From NCBI GenBank assembly GCA_028276785.1, contig JAPYVP010000004.1, positions 1-32,000 of the forward strand: DNA of 32,000 bases, given 5' to 3'. Below, in pieces: positions 8,942 to 15,429 of this stretch. The stretch is from Candidatus Nanopusillus sp. GTDB lineage: Archaea > Nanobdellota > Nanobdellia > Nanobdellales > Nanobdellaceae. The notes beneath the pieces were generated by a model, which was not told the origin of the DNA, ran no database searches, and worked only from the letters and a program-made list of their open reading frames with translations. The position numbers were made by a program, and so were the translations under genes. The first letter of the stretch is position 1. The number at the start of each line of letters is the position of its first letter.

Positions 8942-9202
8942 ATGATAAAGAAAGGTCAATCCTTACCAATTAATACAATAGTTATATTGATATTAGCCCT
9001 TGTTGCTTTAGTATTTATAATCTTGTTTTTTACAGGTATGTTTTCTAAAGGTACAACTGGAACAAATAATGTACTAAATCCTGCATTAAATCAAACAAAT
9101 CAAACGGGCCAATTAATCAACAATCTATCAAACAGATTAATGGTTAATAATTATATATTCAATAATACAACATACATTTTTACAAGCCAATCTTCTATGT
9201 AA
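8942..9202 (+). CDS. Mini pilin-like protein with a candidate class III (type IV pilin-like) signal peptide
   Basis: MIKKGQSLPINTIVILILALVALVFIILFF has a basic residue, then Gly, then a hydrophobic helix, which is the layout of prepilin-peptidase substrates. The tail is rich in sequons (NQT, NQT, NLS, NNT, NTT). A TATA-like gtttaaaaata lies about 30 nt upstream. Confidence 0.5.
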   Translation: MIKKGQSLPINTIVILILALVALVFIILFFTGMFSKGTTGTNNVLNPALNQTNQTGQLINNLSNRLMVNNYIFNNTTYIFTSQSSM

Positions 9203-9217
9203 TAAATCAATTAAAAT

Positions 9218-9406
9218 ATGAAAAGATCTGATGTTATTAATTTTATAATCTTTTTGATAATTGGACTCGTTGTTTTAGCATTGGTTATAGTTTTTGTAGT
9301 TCCACAGACTATGAAAATAATGTCATCTCAACAAAATTTATCAAATGTATCAAACAATGTTCTAAATCAAACATTTAGCAATATATCAAATATATCAATT
9401 AAATAA
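9218..9406 (+). CDS. Mini membrane or pilin-like protein, paralogous in architecture to 2265..2453
   Basis: MKRSDVINFIIFLIIGLVVLALVIVFVV followed by QQNLSNVSNNVLNQTFSNISNISIK (five N-x-S/T sequons in 25 aa). It starts 15 nt after the previous mini-ORF. Confidence 0.5.
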   Translation: MKRSDVINFIIFLIIGLVVLALVIVFVVPQTMKIMSSQQNLSNVSNNVLNQTFSNISNISIK

Positions 9407-9458
9407 AAATTTTTATGTAGTTTATACTTTTAACTTTAAAATATTTAACTTCGGGTCT

Positions 9459-9529
9459 TGGGCCCGGGGGGATTCGAACCCCCGTCAATGGGTCTGGAGC
9501 CCACCGTCCTGCCACTAGACTACGGGCCC
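9459..9529 (-). tRNA. tRNA-Trp (anticodon CCA), intron-less, no encoded CCA end
   Basis: Hand-folded cloverleaf: GGGCCCG TA GTCT AGTGGCA GGAC G GTGGG CTCCAGA CCCAT TGAC GGGGG TTCGAAT CCCCC CGGGCCC A. It is one of only two GC-rich islands in the window. Nucleotide 1 is also the last base of the aIF-1A TAG stop codon. Confidence 0.9.
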
Positions 9530-9834
9530 TAAAACTCTTCTTCAATTTTTAAATATCCTTTCTTTTTTAACCATTCAACTTCAGCATCTGTATATGAATA
9601 CAATATATCTCCCTTTTTATCTGATTGCAACTCCCATGGTTCTACCAATACATATGTACCTTTTTTTAACCATATATTTCTATGCATTCTCTTATTTTGT
9701 GGTACTCTACATATTCTTGTTTTTCCATCAAAACATCTTACCCTTGCATGTGCCCAACCAACAACTTCTTCAATTATTCCTATAACTTGTCTATCCTTTG
9801 GAACGGGAATTCCCTCCTCTTCTAAAAGAGGCAT
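9529..9834 (-). CDS. eif1a: Translation initiation factor aIF-1A
   Basis: The S1-like OB core reads VIGIIEEVVGWAHARVRCFDGKTRICRVPQNKRMHRNIWLKKGTYVLVEPWELQSDKKGDILYSY, typical of eIF-1A. Confidence 0.9.
   Translation of the reverse strand: MPLLEEEGIPVPKDRQVIGIIEEVVGWAHARVRCFDGKTRICRVPQNKRMHRNIWLKKGTYVLVEPWELQSDKKGDILYSYTDAEVEWLKKKGYLKIEEEF
9545..9556 (-). promoter_or_regulatory. TATA-like element (ATATTTAAAAAT) inside the 3' end of the aIF-1A CDS, positioned to drive tRNA-Trp
   Basis: It lies at -27 to -16 relative to tRNA nucleotide 1. There is no non-coding DNA upstream of the tRNA, so any dedicated promoter must lie in the CDS. Confidence 0.35.
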
Positions 9835-9866
9835 TTAAAAAATACTATAAATTAAGCATTAATAAT

Positions 9867-10019
9867 TTACCATTCTTCTTCCCATTCCTCTTCCCAATCC
9901 TCATCCCATTCATCTTCATACTCCTCATCCCATTCCTCATCCAACTCTTCTTCATCTTCTTCATCCATTTCCTCCATCCTTAATTCCCTTATCCTATTTT
10001 TTAAGTCTTCCCAATCCAT
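9867..10019 (-). CDS. 50-aa hyper-acidic protein with periodic tryptophans; unknown function
   Basis: Below the ORF-track size cut-off. My hand translation is MDWEDLKNRIRELRMEEMDEEDEEELDEEWDEEYEDEWDEDWEEEWEEEW. A canonical TATA (CTTATAAAAG, 10041-10050) lies at -31 to -22 from its ATG. It shares the strand of all its neighbours. The 61-aa plus-strand ORF 9798..9983 is its low-complexity mirror image. Confidence 0.6.
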   Translation of the reverse strand: MDWEDLKNRIRELRMEEMDEEDEEELDEEWDEEYEDEWDEDWEEEWEEEW

Positions 10020-10040
10020 ACCCTTTTATTATTATCTAAA

Positions 10041-10050
10041 CTTTTATAAG
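10041..10050 (-). promoter_or_regulatory. TATA box for the acidic mini-protein gene
   Basis: CTTATAAAAG on the minus strand, at -31 to -22 from the ATG at 10019. This is the same spacing seen at several other genes in the window. Confidence 0.5.
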
Positions 10051-10055
10051 ATTTT

Positions 10056-10574
10056 TCACGAATCTTCATCACCCCTTAGTAATATTGTTACAATATATTT
10101 TTTATTTCCCTTATTTTTATCATAGCCAACTAATTTTTTACTTAATTTTACTTCTCCATATTTTTTTAATATGTTATAATAGCTTTTTACCCTATTTTTT
10201 CCTACATATAAATATATATCAATATCTTTTTCGTTTATTTCATCCACTTTTTTTATTATATCTTTATTTTTCTTCGCTATTTTTAATATTTCATCTTCAA
10301 TAATTTTATTATATCCTCTTATTTGCAAAATTAAATTTGCTTTTCTACTTAAACCCCTACATCTTGGACAAACAGTATATTCATACTCAAAATTATCAAT
10401 ATTAAGGTTATTATACCATTTATTATGATATTTTATCCTTCCACAATATTTACATATATATACTTTTTCCTCCTTTTTTTCTTCCTTCTTATTTGTTTTT
10501 AAATAACATTCATAACACAATCCATCATATAATTTTTCAACTTCTCTTCCACAAGATGGACATATTCTCTTCAT
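10056..10574 (-). CDS. NMD3-family zinc-ribbon protein (short form, N-terminal domain only)
   Basis: Four CxxC pairs are arranged as in NMD3: CPSCGREVEKLYDGLCYEC, CKYCG, and CPRCRGLSRKANLILQIRG (NMD3 signature C..C....a.lQ.R). At 172 aa it is much shorter than the typical archaeal NMD3. Confidence 0.6.
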   Translation of the reverse strand: MKRICPSCGREVEKLYDGLCYECYLKTNKKEEKKEEKVYICKYCGRIKYHNKWYNNLNIDNFEYEYTVCPRCRGLSRKANLILQIRGYNKIIEDEILKIAKKNKDIIKKVDEINEKDIDIYLYVGKNRVKSYYNILKKYGEVKLSKKLVGYDKNKGNKKYIVTILLRGDEDS

Positions 10575-10858
10575 AAATAAATAACAAAAGTATATGGTAT
10601 ACCGGCAATTCTCTTAATATCTTTTTCATCAATTATTTTTTTCTCTTTTAATATATTGATAGATTCTTCTCCAACAGCATATATAAAATATATATCTTCA
10701 AAATCTTTTTCATCAATTTTTTCCTTTTCTTCTCCATTAAAAAATTCATTTAGTTCTAATACAAACTCTCCTTCTTCAAATTTTTTTCCATATAAATTTT
10801 TATCACATAAGACCAAAACATATCCATAACTATCTCTATATTTTTTTACCAATATCAT
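10571..10858 (-). CDS. DUF424-like small conserved archaeal protein
   Basis: YVLVLCDKNLYGKKFEEGEFVLELNEFFNGEE resembles the DUF424 pattern (CD..llGk.f.eg...l.v...FY.G). There are 4-nt overlaps with both neighbours. Confidence 0.55.
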   Translation of the reverse strand: MILVKKYRDSYGYVLVLCDKNLYGKKFEEGEFVLELNEFFNGEEKEKIDEKDFEDIYFIYAVGEESINILKEKKIIDEKDIKRIAGIPYTFVIYL

Positions 10859-11283
10859 TTTAGCCTATATATTACTGGACTTTCTGCACCACAAGCCAGA
10901 CATTTAATAATATATACCCTTTCCCTCTTTTCCAATTTTGTATCTAACTTTTTACATATTGAACATCTAACAAATATATCTATAAATTTATCTATCTTTG
11001 CCTTTATTTTCTCAAATTCTATCTTTTTTTGCAATATTATTTTCTTATCTTCAACTTTCGATGCAACATTAAATTCCTTTCTTAAAAATTCTGCTAATAA
11101 ATTTATATCTCTATTTATTATATCACAAATTGTCCCGGCATTTTCTATAGATGTCCATTTTCCAATATGATTTATTTTTGGTAATGGTATATTTATTGAT
11201 CCAAGTATAGATCCATGTAAAACTTTCATACTACTCAATTTTTTATATGCTTCATCTAACATTTCTTCATATGTTGGTGTCAT
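10855..11283 (-). CDS. eif2b: Translation initiation factor aIF-2 beta subunit
   Basis: YEEMLDEAYKKL at the N-terminus, the central alpha/beta domain, and a C-terminal zinc ribbon FVRCSICKKLDTKLEKRERVYIIKCLACGA. Confidence 0.9.
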   Translation of the reverse strand: MTPTYEEMLDEAYKKLSSMKVLHGSILGSINIPLPKINHIGKWTSIENAGTICDIINRDINLLAEFLRKEFNVASKVEDKKIILQKKIEFEKIKAKIDKFIDIFVRCSICKKLDTKLEKRERVYIIKCLACGAESPVIYRLK

Positions 11284-11855
11284 ATAACTTTATATTTTTC
11301 TGGTGAAGATTCATAAATCTCTCCAGATGATAACAGATCTTTTATAATATTTAATAACTTTTCTTCATTTATATCAAAGAAATTTTCTATATCTTTTAAA
11401 GATACACCATCACCTTTATCATTATCTCTTATAAATTCCAAAATCTGTTTTCTTAATTTTGCTTCTTCCGGTAATTCTTCATAATATATTTTTTCTTCTT
11501 TCTCGTTTTCTTCATCCATTTTATCTTCTTTATTATTTTTCTTTATATTTCTTTTTATTTTTTTAATAAAGAATTTTTTCCATAGGATTTCGTCATCCCC
11601 ATTCAATACACTTACATATCTTGCAACTACAGAAAAATTATTATTATATTCAGAAACTTTTCCTAAAATTAACAAAGTATCGAATAATTTAATATTATAT
11701 ACATCAAATAGAACAACATCAAAAAACCCAAAAGTATCCAATAATTTTATCCTAATTAATTTCTTTTCTTCCTGAATGTCTATCACTTTTCCAATTAAAC
11801 AAACCTTCTTATCCTTATAATTCTTTAGATCCTTTGAAAATACTGGCAAATACAT
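11280..11855 (-). CDS. OB-fold plus C-terminal winged-helix protein with RPA32/Stn1-like architecture
   Basis: The N-terminal pattern VCLIGKVIDIQEEKKLIRIKLLDTFGFFDVVLFD...LLILGKVSEYNNNFSVVARYVSVLNGDDEILW is typical of RPA32-type OB folds. A K/E-rich linker follows. The C-terminal wH reads GVSLKDIENFF..LLNIIKDLLSSGEIYESSPEKYKVI. The gene lies 2 nt downstream of mcm. Confidence 0.55.
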   Translation of the reverse strand: MYLPVFSKDLKNYKDKKVCLIGKVIDIQEEKKLIRIKLLDTFGFFDVVLFDVYNIKLFDTLLILGKVSEYNNNFSVVARYVSVLNGDDEILWKKFFIKKIKRNIKKNNKEDKMDEENEKEEKIYYEELPEEAKLRKQILEFIRDNDKGDGVSLKDIENFFDINEEKLLNIIKDLLSSGEIYESSPEKYKVI

Positions 11856-11857
11856 AT

Positions 11858-13858
11858 TTATACGGCTTTATATTTCTTATCTCCAGATTCATATATATAT
11901 CCTTCCTTCAATAATTTTTCAATTGTTTCTTTTACTTTTTCTTCTTCCAGATTATATTTTTTAGATTCATTTAATATTTCATTTAATGGAACTCCTTCTG
12001 GAAAATCTTTTTGCAAGTCCTTTATTATATCTAATACCTTTGATAGTTTTTGTCTTTGTGTAGAAGAAATTCCGGACATTATTATATCTATATCCAATTT
12101 ATTAGTTTCTGGATTTATTCCAACCTCCTTTAGACTATATAACAATATTTCCTTCGCAAGATTTACATCATCTTCAGTAACTACTGGAGATAATCTTATC
12201 TTTGCAGAAGCTTCAGCTATTCTTATTATTGACATTAATTGCCTCGTAGTTATTGGTATTGTACCTTCTCCAGAACTAGATCTTAACTTTATATAGAAAT
12301 CTTTCACAATATCTAAAGCAGTGTTTGTCCATTGTGGCTCAATTTTCTTTGCATATATTATATATTTTCTTAATAAATCTTTATCCAATGGTGGCTTTCT
12401 CTCTTCTTTTAAACCTTTAAGCAATTCATTAACAATTGTTTCATCTTGTTGGGGGTTTGGTTCATCTATAAGAACAAATATTAAATCAAATCTATTAATT
12501 ATTGTTGGTGGTAAATCTATTTGATCAACTATATTTTTCATTTTATCCCACCTACCAAACTTTGGATTTGCAGCTGCCAAAATTGATGTTTCTGTTCTAA
12601 GTGTTGCATGAATATTTGCTTTATCAATTGTTATTGTTTGTTGTTCCATTGCTTCATGTAAAGATTGTAATTCTTCTGTAGATAATTTGTCAAGTTCATC
12701 AATACATACAAGTCCACCAGATGCTAAAACTAACGCTCCAGCTTCTAAAACCCAACCGCCCTTAAATATTTCATCCCTTCTAACAGAAGCAGTTAAACCC
12801 ACTGATGATGATGTTACTCCAACCACATATTTTGATTTTGGAGCAATTTCAGATACATATCTTAATAATTTTGATTTTCCTACACCAGGATCTCCTAAAA
12901 TTAATATATGAATATTTTTTCTTTCATCAACACTTCTCTTTCTTTTTCCACCAGATACCAGTTGTAATGCAATTGCTTTTTTAATTATTTCATACTGTTT
13001 TCCATATAGACCAGGAGCAACAGAATTGGCAATCAAACTCAATATGTCTGCAGATTTTGCTAATTCTCTTATTTTTCTCTCATCTTCCGGGGATATTGAT
13101 ATATCTTCAACATCTCTATCCACAGGTTCAATATAAATTGCATCTATATATAGATCTAGTATTGCTTTTAAATTTGAACTTTTTAATTCTTTTACAACCC
13201 CATATACTTTAACCCTTATTCCAGGCAATGTCTTTCTTTCCATTCTTGGTTCACACAAATCTTCCTTTAATATTACAGTAATTTGGGCTGGTTGTTCACC
13301 CTTTTCAATTTGGTCTGCAGGCTCTTCAATTAGCAATCTTTGTACATCAATTGTTTCATGATCTATTTCAATAAATTTTCCTTTCGTACCACCACATACA
13401 GGACATTTTTTTGGTTTTTCTATTACAAAATTTTTATTTTCAACCCAAAATTCTCCACCACAATCTTCATGTAAATACTTTGTTTTTATAATAAATGGTC
13501 TTACTTCAGAAGATATTTTTATTATACCCTCAATTTGTACTAGTTTATCTTTATGTTCAGATCTAATATCTCTTATTCTTATATATCTTAAGCTTTCTGG
13601 AAGATTCTTTATTCTTACCTTTACTTTTCTATCCAATCTTTCAGAAAAATATATACTTATTTGTTCTAGAAATTTTTCTGTTTTATTTAATAGAAGATCT
13701 AGTTGTTTATTATTTAAATATGATTTTATTTTCTCATAATCCAATATTATAGATCTTTCTTCTTCTCTAATAAATTTTTCAATTTCTTCTTTTGAAGCAT
13801 CAAAAATTTGTCCGAGAAATCCAGCACCCAAAATTTCAACCTCCTTTACCTTATCCAT
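11858..13858 (-). CDS. mcm: MCM replicative helicase
   Basis: Zn motif CGGEF...CPVCGG, Walker A GDPGVGKSKLL, Walker B CIDELDK, the arginine-finger region and a C-terminal wH. The 666-aa length fits. Confidence 0.96.
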   Translation of the reverse strand: MDKVKEVEILGAGFLGQIFDASKEEIEKFIREEERSIILDYEKIKSYLNNKQLDLLLNKTEKFLEQISIYFSERLDRKVKVRIKNLPESLRYIRIRDIRSEHKDKLVQIEGIIKISSEVRPFIIKTKYLHEDCGGEFWVENKNFVIEKPKKCPVCGGTKGKFIEIDHETIDVQRLLIEEPADQIEKGEQPAQITVILKEDLCEPRMERKTLPGIRVKVYGVVKELKSSNLKAILDLYIDAIYIEPVDRDVEDISISPEDERKIRELAKSADILSLIANSVAPGLYGKQYEIIKKAIALQLVSGGKRKRSVDERKNIHILILGDPGVGKSKLLRYVSEIAPKSKYVVGVTSSSVGLTASVRRDEIFKGGWVLEAGALVLASGGLVCIDELDKLSTEELQSLHEAMEQQTITIDKANIHATLRTETSILAAANPKFGRWDKMKNIVDQIDLPPTIINRFDLIFVLIDEPNPQQDETIVNELLKGLKEERKPPLDKDLLRKYIIYAKKIEPQWTNTALDIVKDFYIKLRSSSGEGTIPITTRQLMSIIRIAEASAKIRLSPVVTEDDVNLAKEILLYSLKEVGINPETNKLDIDIIMSGISSTQRQKLSKVLDIIKDLQKDFPEGVPLNEILNESKKYNLEEEKVKETIEKLLKEGYIYESGDKKYKAV

Positions 13859-13893
13859 ATATCTTATATTACAAAAAACACATATAAGAAAAA

Positions 13894-13901
13894 ATATAAA
13901 A
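13894..13901 (+). promoter_or_regulatory. TATA-like element upstream of tRNA-Ile
   Basis: atataaaa at -34 to -27 relative to tRNA nucleotide 1 (13928). Confidence 0.35.
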
Positions 13902-13927
13902 ATTAATCAAATGAAAAATATGTATAA

Positions 13928-14017
13928 GGGCCCGTAGCTCAGAGGTGGAGCGCCGGCCTTATAAGGCTACGCTCCTAAGAAAGCCGGAGGTCAGGGGTTC
14001 GAGTCCCCTCGGGCCCA
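13928..14017 (+). tRNA. tRNA-Ile (anticodon UAU) with an 18-nt intron at the canonical 37/38 position
   Basis: Hand-folded: GGGCCCG TA GCTC AGAGGTG GAGC G CCGGC CTTATA[intron]A GCCGG AGGTC AGGGG TTCGAGT CCCCT CGGGCCC A. The mature length is 72 nt. This is a GC-rich island, followed by an oligo-T run. Confidence 0.85.
13964..13981 (+). other. tRNA intron forming a bulge-helix-bulge splice motif
   Basis: The anticodon-loop bases CTTA (13958-13961) pair with the intron bases TAAG (13976-13979), forming a 4-bp helix. That helix is flanked by the 3-nt bulges TAA and AAA, and the symmetric cut sites give an 18-nt intron, AGGCTACGCTCCTAAGAA. Confidence 0.7.
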
Positions 14018-14062
14018 AAAATTTTTATAAAGAATTATTTAAATTAAAATAAAACTAAAAAA

Positions 14063-15394
14063 TTATTTTATTTGTATCTGCTTTTCTTTTACACTTAATA
14101 CCTGTCCAATTCCAATTGTTTTATTCATATCTCTAATTGCAAATCTTCCTAATGATGTGTTTGGGAAATCTTCAAATCTTTCTACTACTAATGGTTTTGT
14201 TGGTACAAACTTTACAATCGCTGCATCTCCTGTCTTTAAGAATTGTGGATTCTTTTCAACTTCCTGTCCAGTCCTTGGATCTATCTTTGATTGTATTTCT
14301 ACAATTTTACAAGCTACTGCTGCAGTATGTATATGTATTACTGGTGTATATCCTACTGCAATTGCAGATGGGTGATATAATACATAAATTCTTGCAGTAA
14401 ATTCTTCTGCTACCTTTGGTAATGGTTCTCCCAATTTTCCACATACATCGCCCCTTAATATATCACCACTTTCAGGTCCTTTAACATTAAATCCAATATT
14501 ATCCCCGGGTAATGCCTCATCCAATTTTTCATGATGCATTTCTATAGATTTTACTTCACCTACAACACCATTTGGTTTCTTTGATGGTAAGAATATTACT
14601 CTATCACCAGGTTTTAATCTTCCAGATTCTACCTTTCCAGTTGGTACGAGTCCTACACCTTTAATATTGTATACATCACCAATTGGTATTCTTAATGGTT
14701 TATCTACCAATCTTGGAGGTTCATCTAATATATCAAATGCCTCATATATTGTTGGACCATTGTACCAGGGCATCTTTTGTGATTTTTGTGTTACATTTTC
14801 ATCAGATAAGAATGCAGCAATTGGAACAATTGCTTTTATTTGTTTTTCAGTATAACCAATTTGTTTTGCCAATGTTAATACCATGTTCTTTACTTGCTCA
14901 TATCTTTTTTGATCATAATTTACAGCATCCATCTTTGACACCGCAATAATAATTTGTGGAATTCCCAATGTTCTTAATAATAATAAATGTTCTCTTCCCT
15001 GTCCTTCTGGACCTAATGCAGTTTCTGCTTCACCTGGTGCTGCAGAGACTACTAATATTGCTGCATCAGATTGTGCAGTACCGCTAATCATGTTCTTTAT
15101 AAAGTCTCTATGACCTGGAGCATCTAATATTGTTAACACATATTTCTTTGCGGGTATTTTAATTGCAGCTACATCAATTGTTACTCCTCTTTTTCTTTCT
15201 TCTATTGATTTATCTAATAAGAATGCCAAATATTCTGATTCTTTTCCAAATTCCTTTGCTATATTCTTTAATTCTTCTAATACTTTCGGGTCTATTAAAT
15301 TCAAAGATACCATTAGCCTTCCTACTAATGTTGATTTTCCATTGTCTACATGCCCTACTACTACCAAATTAATATGTGGTTTTTCTCTTGCCAT
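14063..15394 (-). CDS. tuf: Translation elongation factor EF-1 alpha
   Basis: KPHINLVVVGHVDNGKSTLVGRL (G1), DAPGHRDF (G3) and SKMD (G4). The 443-aa length fits. Confidence 0.97.
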   Translation of the reverse strand: MAREKPHINLVVVGHVDNGKSTLVGRLMVSLNLIDPKVLEELKNIAKEFGKESEYLAFLLDKSIEERKRGVTIDVAAIKIPAKKYVLTILDAPGHRDFIKNMISGTAQSDAAILVVSAAPGEAETALGPEGQGREHLLLLRTLGIPQIIIAVSKMDAVNYDQKRYEQVKNMVLTLAKQIGYTEKQIKAIVPIAAFLSDENVTQKSQKMPWYNGPTIYEAFDILDEPPRLVDKPLRIPIGDVYNIKGVGLVPTGKVESGRLKPGDRVIFLPSKKPNGVVGEVKSIEMHHEKLDEALPGDNIGFNVKGPESGDILRGDVCGKLGEPLPKVAEEFTARIYVLYHPSAIAVGYTPVIHIHTAAVACKIVEIQSKIDPRTGQEVEKNPQFLKTGDAAIVKFVPTKPLVVERFEDFPNTSLGRFAIRDMNKTIGIGQVLSVKEKQIQIK

Positions 15395-15429
15395 TTAAGA
15401 TTATATTTATAAAAAAATTTATATGTAAT

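Noticed and set aside
9440-9458. A GC-containing trailer (AGACCCGAAG) just 3' of tRNA-Trp, considered as the complementary tag of a split tRNA half
   Set aside because: The adjacent tRNA-Trp is complete, with all four arms and both acceptor strands. No split-half explanation is needed.
9798-9983. A 61-aa plus-strand ORF (MEREFPPLLKEAFKK...LPFFFPFLFPILIPFIFILLIPFLIQLFF)
   Set aside because: It is the antisense mirror of the GAA/GAT/TGG-rich acidic ORF. It runs against every neighbouring gene, overlaps the aIF-1A start, and has no TATA box at the expected distance. The minus-strand 50-aa ORF does have one.
14137-15372. Five plus-strand ORFs of 62-88 aa inside tuf
   Set aside because: All are antisense to the unambiguous EF-1 alpha gene. 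They are frame-shadow ORFs.
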